Assembly (NCBI GenBank): GCA_964016885.1
Contig: OZ024748.1
Coordinates: forward strand, 29,884,001-29,948,000
DNA: 64,000 nucleotides
Source of the DNA: Eledone cirrhosa
Lineage: Eukaryota
Reading direction: 5' to 3'
The translations under genes and the position numbers were made by a program. Of the stretch, positions 50,981 through 62,793 are shown piece by piece. How positions within the stretch are numbered: position 1 is the stretch's first letter; each line of letters begins with the position of its first letter. The notes below the pieces were generated by a model. That model searched no databases, had not been told where the DNA came from, and saw only the letters and a list, made by a program, of their open reading frames with translations.

Positions 50981-50985
<5 letters not shown>

Positions 50986-51385
50986 ATACTTGGGGAGGGT
51001 CATATTGTAATAATATTGCCAGAAATAATAACAGAACACACTCACTGTTTGGTTGGTTTTCGATTCTGTATCTTTTATAACTCCAGAGTTAATTTATTTG
51101 GCAATCAATGTTTATCATTGACTGACCAACGGTTAAAAATACAAATATAAATATATATATATAGTCTCTCAAAGTTCTTTCGTTGCACACCTGAAACATC
51201 ATCAGTAGTACTATTATTATGTTCCATCCTATTGTATTGTAATGTCTACACCATTTTATCTGTGAGTGTGTTCTGTTATTATTTCTGGCAATATTATTAC
51301 AACAATATACCCTCCCCAAGTATAACAATATTTGTTTCGATACACGATTTCATATAAAAAACCTTGCAAACCAATTCATCGCCAT
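50981..51385. mobile_element. PLE family B tail relic, two outward-facing arms
   Basis: Minus arm 50981-51160 and plus arm 51262-51385, each ending in (TA)n; the plus arm extends to CAATTCATCGCC. Confidence 0.8.
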
Positions 51386-51502
51386 ATATATATATATATA
51401 TATATATATTTTCTTTTTTTTTTTTAGTCCAGAATTAGCCGTCGAAACGGCTTGAGCTCAGCCGTCGGGGTCCTACTCGTTCCTATATATGTATATATAT
51501 AT

Positions 51503-52312
51503 AAAGAATAGGATTGGCTGTGTAGTTGGTATTTAAGGTAGCTTAAGATGGAGTGACAATAAGAAGAAAGCAAGAACGGAGGGGGGGGGGGGGGTCCTCA
51601 TCAGTTGTCTACTGGGGGTCTCGGATATTTCCACGCTTTAAAGACAAGATATCTACCGACCAGAACGTTCAATAACTGGATAAGTTATTGGGAAAACGTA
51701 CGAGGGAGGGAAGGAAAATAGAAGGGAAAAGGGGAAGAAAAGAGAAAACAGCGAAAAAAAAAACAACAACAAACCGAGCAATGTGCGAGCAACTTAAGGT
51801 AAGAAAATCCAAGACCACAGCGGTAAGAGAACTTAAGTTCAAGAGCGTGTGGGCGAGCGAAAAGACACGTCTAACCCTAGCGAATGTAAGTGAGAAAAGG
51901 AATGCTAGAGGGTCAGGCGAGGGAAACAATGAGGTGGCTGGCAGAGAGAGGATGAGTGAAAGTGAGAGGGAGAAAGGGAGAGGAAGAAAGAGGGGTAAGA
52001 GTAGATAGTAACGAAGTGGGTAGGTAGAAGGAGAGAGAAGACTGATCACAGCGAAACAGGATAAAATTAATGAAGAATAGGATTGGCTGTGCAGTTGCTA
52101 TTTAAGGTAGCTTAAAATGGAGTGACAATAAGAAGAAAGCAAGAACGGGGGGAGGGAGGCCTCATCGGTTGTCTACTGGGGCTCTCGGATATTTCCACGC
52201 TTTAAAGACAATATATCTATCGCCCAGATCGTTCAATAACTGGGTAAGTTATTGGGAAAACGAAGGAGGGAGGGAAGGAAAATAGAAGGGAAAAGGGGAA
52301 GAAAAGAGAAAA
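51503..52312. repeat. About 240-bp direct repeat pair (51503-51750 and 52073-52312), probable pseudo-LTR relic
   Basis: AAGAATAGGATTGGCTGTG...GGGAAAACG repeated; the minus strand has CTGATGAGG but no complete HHR. Confidence 0.7.
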
Positions 52313-52654
52313 CACACAGATAGAACAAACAACCAACTAATGATAAGTAAATAAGCCAATGAATAAATAAATAGAAACACACACATCCGGGTGTAACACA
52401 TGCGCAAACTAAGCACACAACACACAACACACAAAAACAAGATGGTGTAGGATAGAACAAAGAAGAGACACAAAATAAAAAAACCTAATCACAGAGGAGG
52501 TCACAGAATGTGTGACGAAAAAGCTTTGACAATATATAAACAACATTTCGGTTATCAAACCAATCAACCGGAAATTTATAATAAATTGAAGTGAAAACTA
52601 AAAGGTGAGTGTGTTTTTATTGGCAGCATAACCCTCCCAAAGTATAACAATATA
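52313..52654 (+). mobile_element. PLE family A terminal relic with decayed HHR (52488-52530)
   Basis: Homologous to about 3815-4203; core CAGAGGA; ends AGTATAACAA(TA)n. Confidence 0.85.
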
Positions 52655-52672
52655 TATAAATATATATATATA

Positions 52673-53495
<823 letters not shown>

Positions 53496-53730
53496 TCTCT
53501 CGTCCATGATTTCACCAAGCTTAAGCTATCATGTACTTGTCTCTTCCTATCTTTCCGTTGCAATACCATCTTTGTTTGTTTACATGTCTCGCTCGCTTCA
53601 CCCTATTTTACTTGTCCCAATAACTTTATTTAGTCATTGCTCGCACCAACCAGGGGTATATGATTTTTAAAGCGATGAAATACCAATGAAGGTTGGAGGA
53701 TCACTGATGAAGGACTAATTTTATTCATAT

Positions 53731-54244
53731 TGTAGTGACCTACATTCCGCGGGCTCACATACATTCTCTGTGCGTGATTTGGCTCAGCCCAGCCAATCAA
53801 CGCCAGTAGATGAGGATGTATCCCTACGCGTCCTGAGGGAGAAATTTCCCCGCGAAGATTTGAAGAATCTTCCTCTCGCACCAGGAACTTCGAACCAGCA
53901 ACACGTACATGTGACGGTGAGATTTAGCACCTTAGCCTGCCGGCTTTCCGGCGCAATGGCACATTCTCTATTGTAACCTCATTTTTATGTGTAACTTCAA
54001 CCATAATAGTTAACCAACATTATTTGTGCTACAACAAAAATAAACATACATTTCATCTCTAATTTCTGCTGTTGACATCATTATTATGTTACTCGTGTCT
54101 CAATAACATTTATAATCCATGCTGCTAAAATTGGTGACCTGACGTGAGGAATATTGTAAATACAAAAATGGTAAATAGACGAGGGACCTTCCCTCACGTC
54201 TATGTCGATAAACAATCCAACTAGGATACAATCATTTTACCACA
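53731..54244 (+). repeat. 5' LTR
   Basis: TGTAGT...ACCACA; four substitutions seen versus the 3' LTR. Confidence 0.95.
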
Positions 54245-54450
54245 CTGGTGACCGACGTAAGAATTTTACGCAGCCTTTTTATTCAGTTGAACTTCACTGT
54301 TATTACCACGTTGCCAACCTTTTCGCAACTTACGAAAATACAAAATATTCCTTTTAAAATTTTTAAAAAATTAGCAGTATTTCAAAAACATTTCGCCACG
54401 AGGAAATTTCAAAATGGCTACCGACAAGTTCTGTCTACAATCAACAACAA

Positions 54451-54485
<35 letters not shown>

Positions 54486-55768
54486 ACTTTGTTTAACCAC
54501 TAACCAACAACAGGGAATAGTGATATGGCAGCTTCATAGCCTTACCGACGCAACCACCACACATCATGTTGTTTACTTCTATGCTTTCACATGTATTTTC
54601 AAAATTATAGCCCGGAGACATTTTTTTTTTCTTTCGATACGGCTTCCTGCAATACAAACAAGCAACACAACCTTATGTCACACAAGGTGGCAGGACGGTA
54701 AAATGGCCACGAAAACTCTCAAAAACAATATACATCTAACCCCTAGGGGCATTAACAAACTTCTTTTTCAGTTTCAGATAGAACTAGTGTCAGAAAGTCT
54801 GTACACTGGTGATGTGTGAACTATTTGACTTTGAAAAACTTTGAACTTATCATTGAGCATTAATTTCTGAATTATCAGTTTGTTACATTCACACATATTT
54901 CTTTGTAAAATGCATTTACTTGTTTTGTGCTCTTTTGCTATTTGCTTGCTCATGGTTTTTATTCATTCGCATTCTTTGCTGTTTTACATGCCTGCATATG
55001 CACACATTACTTTGTCACCTACCACATGTTCTTAGTATATGTTCTTCAAACGTAATATTCTGCGAGATCCCTTTTCACCTGGTTGAGGTGCTGTCACATG
55101 CTAGCGACTCATAGAGCTTAATTCACCTGGATTCAAACAGGCACCGCAACACGAGAATGCTAATTGCAGCTGAACTCAAACAGTTTCGCATCTCGTTGCA
55201 CACTCATCGTCCATAACAACATCTATCTTATCTTACCCGACTCACTGGGAAAACAACAAATAGAACTGGACTTGTCAGCATTTCCACCACTTCTGTGGAT
55301 TCGCCCGAATTATGGAATTTACACTGCAACCCACCTACAGATTCAGCTTGCTTTTTTTTCTTTTCAAAGCAACCAGCCATTTTTTCCTGACTCCCTAGCA
55401 CATTCGGCAATACATCTGGGAGGCCAACATTTTCTCGCCTACCCATCATCTTCTTGCCAGCACTGGTAAACTACCATAATAGCTTCATCCACAGCTACTG
55501 GTACAACACTTACCATTAACATTTAATGCAAGAACAGCAACTTCGCCCATGTCAGACTTTATTCGTTTTCTGTTAGACCTTTGGTGGTCACGTATAAACT
55601 ACAAAACAGCTAGTCATTTGACACAGCGGCTCAACACGGCCCTTAGCGCCTCATTTTTTTTCTTGCATGCATCCTTCTGCTCAATTATTTTTTCACTGAT
55701 GTGCTCTTTCAGCATTTGTTCTTGCCGATTCAATAATCTATATCGACTTCCGTCAAGGAGGGGAGTAT

Positions 55769-56282
55769 TGTAGTGACCTACATTCTGCGGACTCACATAC
55801 ATTCTCTGTGCGTGATTTGGCTCAGCCCAGCCAATCAACGCCAGTAGATGAGGATGTATCACTACGCGTCCTGAGGGAGAAATTTCCCCGCGAAGATTTG
55901 AAGAATCTTCCTCTCGCACCAGGAACTTCGAACCAGCAACACGTACATGTGACGGTGAGATTTAGCACCTTAGCCTGCCGGCTTTCCGGCGCAATGGCAC
56001 ATTCTCTATTGTAACCTCATTTTTATGTGTAACTTCAACCATAATAGTTAACCAACATTATTTGTGCTACAACAAAAATAAACATACATTTCATCTCTAA
56101 TTTCTGCTGTTGACATCATTATTATGTTACTCGTGTCTCAATAACATTTATAATCCATGCTGCTAAAATTGGTGACCTGACGTGAGGAATATTGTAAATA
56201 CAAAAATGGTAAATAGACGAGGGACCTTCCCTCACGTCTATGTCGATAAACAATCCAACTAGGATACAGTCATTTTACCACA
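55769..56282 (+). repeat. 3' LTR
   Basis: Direct repeat of 53731-54244, preceded by the PPT. Confidence 0.95.
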
Positions 56283-56321
56283 ATATGTAACCCATGTGCA
56301 ACTACGCAGCACTCCATTTTT

Positions 56322-56372
<51 letters not shown>

Positions 56373-56378
<6 letters not shown>

Positions 56379-56739
56379 GATATTAATAAATGGAAACTAT
56401 ATTTATAAAACCATATTTATTTCATTATATATATTTCAAGGATACCAAGTTACATTATGGTATGCCTTCATCAGACAAAATACAATATATAACAGTTTTA
56501 TAATAGACATATAGTCTTAACACTATAACTTACTAAAGTAAACAAATCACTATCCTGATGGCCTCCAAAAACAACGGTCAATTTTTAAAGGGGTACGTCA
56601 ATGTCTATTTATAAAACTGTTATATATTGTATTTTGTCTGATGAAGGCATACCATAATGTAACTTGGTATCCTTGAAATATATATAATGAAATAAATATG
56701 GTTTTATAAATATAGTTTCCATTTATTAATATCGTATAT
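56373..56739. repeat. Inverted repeat (56373-56510 and 56601-56739), each arm with an HHR
   Basis: Arms near-identical; about 90-bp spacer. Confidence 0.9.
56631..56693 (+). ncRNA. Type I HHR; mirror copy at 56419-56481 minus
   Basis: AUUUUGU-CUGAUGA-AGG(C)AUACCA...UGGUAU-CCU-U-GAAAUAUAUAUA-AUGAAAU. Confidence 0.75.
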
Positions 56740-58020
56740 CTACTCCAAATATTTGTCGAGTGCTTTATATCAGTTATAAAAATATTTGCTTGTTGTATCC
56801 CAACAATTTAAATAAAACTTTTGCATATATATATATATATATATTTATAAATATATATACACATATGCGTGTCTGTGTATGTGTGTACGCGCGTGGGAGT
56901 ACGTGTGTGTGTGTATCTATGTATCTGTATACTTATTTGACTTCCAAAGTCCCCCTCCTCCATATACCTCTTTCTTTCTCACTTCTCCCCCCCCCCCCCC
57001 CTCCTCCCAATGCTCTTCTAACACAATCCAACTTTTCTCTCCACTTTCGTCTTCCTTATCAGTTTCTTTTCCTTCTCCGTTTATTCTTCTTCCACCATCT
57101 GTTTCACACTGCTAAACGTCACACGCACACACACACATCGGTTATATATCACCGACCCCTACACCACCACCACCGCCAGCACTGACACCACCATTACCAC
57201 CACCACCAACACCAACACTACCACCACCACCAGCAACACTGCCACGACCACCACCATCACCACCACCACCAACACTACGACGACCATCACTACCAACACT
57301 ACCACCACCATCAACACCACCACCACCATCACCACTACCACCGCCATCACCATCACCACCACCCACCACCACCACCACCACCACCCACCCATCACCACCA
57401 ACAGCAGCAGCACTAACCAAAATCAGAAACTTCTGTTATCGTCTGCTTCTACCGTTCAAGGCCGTTCTTTCTTCCAGCCTCAAGGCCAACACTGTTCCTC
57501 ATCGCTTTGCCTATTAACTATATAAGTGTTTGTTGTTGTTGTTGCTGTTGATGGTAGTGTTTGTGTTGGTGGTGTTATTGTTGCTGTTGTTGGTGGCGGT
57601 GGTGTTGGTAGTTGTTGTTGTTGGCGCTGGTGTTGGTAGTGTTGTTGTTGCTGCTGTTATTACGTCTATCCTTGTTGTTATTGTTGCTGCTGTTGTTATT
57701 GTTGCCTCTGTCCTTGTTTACCCCCTCCCCCTCCCTGTTTGCTTAACACGATGTAGATCGTAAGGTTGGAATAACACACAGGAACTTTCAATTAAATACA
57801 CTTGAAATATTGGCCAATATAACTTATTCTAGAAGTGTCAGCAGTTTGAGGCTTTACTTGGCTTGGTTTCCTTTTACTATCAAACTGTTTCACCTGTATA
57901 CTCCATTTACATCTCCAGGAAAGTGATACACATCACAACTTCAAACTCACGAAATTTTCAAAGAGTGACATTGAGAGTTACCAGTTTAAATAAGTAAGAT
58001 TATGTCCAGCTAAGTACTCG

Positions 58021-58193
58021 ATACTCGGGAAAGTAGAATGTAGGTATAATGAAAAGTTAATACACGGTAGCTGAGCTCACGCCTTTGAAACGTTAGTGCC
58101 CGACAGCTGAGCTCGCGCCGTTTCAAAGGCGTGAGCTCAGCCACTGTGTATTAACTTTTCATTATACCTACATTCTACTACTTTCCCGAGTAT
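58021..58193. repeat. Fold-back copy of the GAGCTC HHR-fragment family
   Basis: Arms 58021-58092 and 58119-58193; minus strand GAAACGGCGCGAGCUCAGCUGUC-GGG. Confidence 0.75.
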
Positions 58194-58231
58194 ATATATA
58201 TATATATACCCGAGGATATATATATATATAT

Positions 58232-58567
58232 ATAAACGGAAAAAATGAAACGAAATTTCATTTCCCACTCTTAGTACGGCTGTTACTTAAATATAAGTAT
58301 GTACACGTACATACATATATGTATACAGACGTACAATAGTATGTATATATATATATACATACATGCACACATATATATATGTACGTATGGATTCACCGAA
58401 CATTTATTATAATGCTCGGTGTGTTTGTAAACAAACATCCCGTATTAAGCCGTAGTGTCTAGCAACCATCGTTGCTCGTTTGTTCAACACTGATGTGTGC
58501 ATGTATGTATATATATATATACATACTATTGTACGTCTGTATACATATATGTATGTACGTGTACATA

Positions 58568-58575
<8 letters not shown>
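58232..58575 (-). mobile_element. Second, differently permuted copy of the 52673-53356 unit
   Basis: Minus 58232-58490 reads 53158-53356-like sequence straight into 52928-52986-like sequence; inverted piece at 58494-58575. Confidence 0.8.
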
Positions 58576-58650
<75 letters not shown>

Positions 58651-58745
58651 TCCGAAGAGATTGTTTTGGTAAAAACAGGAGCAAGCAGTAGAAAGCTCTC
58701 AACATTCGTAGTTTTTAGTTGGAGATTTTTATAAAAATAACAAAA

Positions 58746-58867
58746 GCTGATGTTACATAAATCATTTAATCATTATAATTATTTCCATGCAATCAAGAAG
58801 TCCTTCGAAGGACTTCTTGATTGCATGGAAATAATTATAATGATTAAATGATTTATGTAACATCAGC
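58746..58867. repeat. Perfect palindrome, 61-bp arms
   Basis: Centre AAGAAGTCCTTC|GAAGGACTTCTT. Confidence 0.95.
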
Positions 58868-58878
58868 ATTATTATTTT

Positions 58879-59060
58879 TGGCAGTATTGGTAGAGGTTCG
58901 GACGCCATGCGTTCCACCATAGCTACGTCCCTTTACGGTCTGAGTTCAAATCCCATCGAGGTTAACTTTGCCTTTCATCCTTATGAGGTCGATAAAATAA
59001 AGTACCAGTAATATACTGGTTAATTGCTGGCCTTGTGCCAAAAAGTAGAAACAATTATTA
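58879..59060 (+). mobile_element. tRNA-SINE with Nin/Deu-like domain
   Basis: Same consensus as 19611-19799. Confidence 0.85.
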
Positions 59061-59069
59061 TTTTTGTTA

Positions 59070-59206
<137 letters not shown>

Positions 59207-59363
59207 AAAAACCACAGACCCTCCATCTCAACTCTACTTTTGAAAAGCAGAAGAACTGCGAAACCGGTAAAGGAACCAAATAAATATATATATTTTTTTA
59301 AACAAAGACTCCAGTTGCATTTTTGATTTCATCTTTTTTCCTTATATATATTATTATTAGTAT

Positions 59364-59760
59364 ATATATTAGTTTGATTAAAATGACAGGAGGCCGGACT
59401 GGTGAAAATCCTTTAAAGTTTTATTGTTGCAAAAACACAATATATATTTCAATGGCCTGGTTACGTAAGATCCTGGCGGCATCATCAGGTTCGTATTACA
59501 TAATTAGTTACTCAATAAAGGAATTATGGCAAACACAGACAGAGTAAATATAAACAAAGCATATTCGATGAGGAGAAACCTGCGAAATAGGTGTTATTGA
59601 TGCTAGAAACCATCTCCTTTATTGATTAACCAATTGTGCAATACACACCTGATGATGTCACAAGGATCTTACGTAACCAGGCCATTGAAATATATATAGC
59701 CTTTTTGCAACAAGAAGATCACCAGTCCAGCCTCCTGTTATTTTAATCAAGCTAATATAT
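59364..59760. repeat. Diverged inverted repeat (59364-59490 and 59648-59760) with decayed HHR cores
   Basis: CCTGATGATG...GGCCATTGAAATATATAT in both arms; AAAATGACAGGAGGCC also at 35885. Confidence 0.7.
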
Positions 59761-60378
59761 TTTCTGGAATCAGGTTAGTCAGGGATTGATATTGTAGATA
59801 TATTGCTGATATAATTCTATTCTATTTCTTAGCGTATTCTATATCTCTGTACCACTATCAATTTTGTGAGATATTATACATTGACAGAGTCTAATCTTAG
59901 GACTTTCCGCACACCCCACATTTTTGTTCTTCAGTTTGTTTTTCTTATTTTTTTTGTTCTTCAAGTGTTTTTCTTCTCTGCCCTTTGTTTCTACTTCTGT
60001 ACAAGGAATACGCTACATCACATGTAGCGTATTCCTTGTTTACTTAATGGTCATCTATCTTCAACCACATTCTTACTTTACCTTTGTTTCGTTCATATAT
60101 GTCAACACTAACTCAGGACTAATTCTACACTCGTCATTATACTATATTATTATCACTACTGACACTACTACTACCATGGTCAGTGAAGCTCCTCAACTGT
60201 CACTCCTAACATCGATAATTGTTGCTACTGAAAACAATTCCAACTGATATAGCAACAAAAAACCCCAATAACTTCCTCGAAAAAGATTTTCGAGGAAGTT
60301 ATTGTTTATTTTTGTTTTTCAAATTTAAAGGAGTTTTTTTTAGGAACTTCCAATGTTTTCTAATTTTTATAGGTTTTG

Positions 60379-60436
60379 CCGTCTGAAGAGCTCAGGCTAT
60401 CATAACTGATACTCCCCAGTGAAATATGTATAACGG
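60379..60436 (+). ncRNA. Type I HHR, partly decayed stem II
   Basis: CCGU-CUGAAGA-GCU...UAUCA(UAAC)UGAUA...AGU-GAAAUAUGUAUA-ACGG. Confidence 0.65.
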
Positions 60437-60469
60437 AGTTTTAAATAAACCTGAATCAACTAATTATGG

Positions 60470-61030
60470 CCTCCGATCATTTAATAATATACAATCTTCC
60501 GGCTTGCACAATTTATACAGATCGTTGAGCACACTAGTTAACGAGGGGGTCGAAGGACGGGACAGCTTGGCACTATTACAGCACTGATTTTCATCTAGCC
60601 AAGCAGCACTCAGCATCAAATCTATCAATTGCAAGTTAAAGGTCATCTTCTGTCGAGTTGACTAACACCATGTCGTCTGCTGGTACCATCTATCTTCCTT
60701 TACTAGTTCCTGCTCCTTATCTGTAAGGGTTGTGATGTTCCAGGTTCCAATTCTAAAAGTTTGGTCCCTTCAGAACTCTCTTTGCGGTCTCGGGATTCGC
60801 AACCTTTGTACGTCCACCCCACACCTCCCAGGACAGGTCGCAGGCCCATTGCCAGTTTTTGCGGCATGAAATGGAAACTGCAATATATTTTTTGAACAGG
60901 CCTCTCTACTTAAGGCCTAGACGCGTCCCTTGTTAACCTGCGCAAAGGACGGTGCGGTATGGTTTTTCTTTCTTTTCCTCACCATATTGCAGTTTCAGTG
61001 GTCTTATTTGCGCTCGTCACCAATCTGGTA
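60470..61030 (-). mobile_element. Possible decayed LTR-element internal region
   Basis: PBS-like TGGTGACGAG on the minus strand at 61014-61023 followed by an ATG; no clear protein motif. Confidence 0.3.
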
Positions 61031-61329
61031 CTTTCTCAAACCCGCCAAGACTAGATTTATTTAGAGGCGGCCTTTACTCGTCTCGCCATAGCTACGCCAC
61101 TGGGTTGTGAGAGTTTTTTTAGGAGTCGCAGGTGTCACTCATTGCTCTATCTCCCCTAGTAGTTTACCGCTATTGGTCCGGGGTTGCTTATTCATCCGGC
61201 ACCTACCCACTGGGGAATTTAATGTAGATATAACAACAATTTCAGAAATAAAAGTTTAGCTGTCTATATGATAGTGCACATACTTAAATATGGAATGTTA
61301 CGCGACCCCCTCCCCCCCACACACACTCG

Positions 61330-61482
<153 letters not shown>

Positions 61483-61974
61483 GCACACACACACACACAG
61501 CCCCGGCGGACAGAATGGAGAAGGCGTTCCCTCTGAAGACAGCAAGGGAGACGCGTTGGAAAAGCTGTGGGTATGATGTGGTGTGCGGTGACCGGAAGCT
61601 GGGGAGTGCTCGACCGGAAGAGTGCTTGACCGGAAGGGTGCTTAGCCGGAAGGGTGCTCGACCGGAAGGGCCAGCAGGTCGGCCTCTCTCTAGGGTGATC
61701 AGGAACGTGGTGGACGTCAGTTTTGCAGCTCCCGGTTAACAAGTTGGATTGTACGTACGTGGGAGAGGAGAAACCAGCCATGGGATTTAGTTGTGCTAAG
61801 TGAGGTAGCTTTTTCTAACCACAAGCTATTTCGGCACTGGAAACTGAGATCTGATTGATAAAAACAAAAAAAAGAACTTTCTCGAAAACAAAGCTACTGG
61901 AAAAACAGAGAGGAGTCTGTTGTTTTTTATTACTTATCGCAAGACAAAATTAGGATATGGCGACGAGACTATGA

Positions 61975-62793
61975 ATGAGCGAAGCGATTAGGGCATTTAC
62001 CGGTGAAGGCGATGTTGTCGCTTGGCTGCGAAAAGTCCGGTTGGTCGCAAGCTTACAGAAGATAGAAGATGTGACTGGCCTCATGGCACTGTACCTGGAT
62101 GAACAGAGCCAAAGGGATGCGCAAAAGATTGAGAGGCGCATGATGGAAGCGTTCGCGGAGGGACCGTTAGCCGCTTTAGCTAAGCTGGCAAGAATTAGAT
62201 GGAACGGTGAACGCGTTGACATTTTCGCAGCGGAAATACGGCGATTGGCCATGTTGGCTGGATATCAGGTGGAATGCGAACGCACGGTGCAGTTGGCGTT
62301 CATAAATGGATTTCCAGACGACATAGCGGTGAAACTGCAGCAAGTCCCGGGTTACAAAGAAATGGAGATGCGTGCACAGGTGGAGCAAGCCCGCATCATA
62401 GCGGAAGATGCCAAGAAGAGTGTCGCGGCGATAGCAATTACAGAGGCCCAATGCAGCTGGCAGCGAAATGGTGAAAGGGAGGCAACCACAGCACGCGGTC
62501 GCCCGCGAACGTTTAGAGGTCGCTGTTTTAGGTGCCAGGGCCCGCACATGGCGAGAGACTGTAGAGAGTCAAGGCTGGAAAAAATATGCTACCGGTGTAA
62601 GCGACCAGGCCACATCGCTACTAGCTGCGACCAGGGAAACGATCCAAGGGGAACTACTGCGCCGGTAGTTGCCCCTTACGAAAGTCTTCGTGAGGGGAAA
62701 GCCACAGCGAGCCCTCGTGGACACGGGCTGAACGACGGCGGGGGTGGCGCAGAGGTGGAGAGGGAAGAGCAGCGTAAGGGCAGTCGACGGTAG
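61975..62793 (+). CDS. gag: Gag (C-terminus probably extended by an indel)
   Basis: CFRCQGPHMARDC and CYRCKRPGHIATSC knuckles followed by QGN. Confidence 0.88.
   Translation: MSEAIRAFTGEGDVVAWLRKVRLVASLQKIEDVTGLMALYLDEQSQRDAQKIERRMMEAFAEGPLAALAKLARIRWNGERVDIFAAEIRRLAMLAGYQVECERTVQLAFINGFPDDIAVKLQQVPGYKEMEMRAQVEQARIIAEDAKKSVAAIAITEAQCSWQRNGEREATTARGRPRTFRGRCFRCQGPHMARDCRESRLEKICYRCKRPGHIATSCDQGNDPRGTTAPVVAPYESLREGKATASPRGHGLNDGGGGAEVEREEQRKGSRR
62634..62677 (+). promoter_or_regulatory. Candidate -1 ribosomal frameshift signal
   Basis: G GGA AAC in gag phase, 5-nt spacer, hairpin AAGGGG-AACTACTG(CGC)CGGTAGTT-G-CCCCTT. Confidence 0.65.

Larger units (their letters stand above)
53731..56282 (+). 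mobile_element. Non-autonomous LTR retrotransposon (Gypsy-type signals), intact termini
   Basis: 514-bp LTRs TG...CA, ATAT target duplication (53727 and 56283), PBS TGGTGACCGACG at 54246, PPT AAGGAGGGGAG at 55755; no gag/pol motif seen inside. Confidence 0.93.

Noticed and set aside
55614-55919. 101-aa minus-strand ORF as a cargo gene
   Set aside because: Starts inside the LTR and crosses the PPT; no recognisable motif.
60266-60304. 18-bp-arm hairpin as a terminator or ribozyme part
   Set aside because: No catalytic core next to it and no gene context; noted only as a small fold-back.
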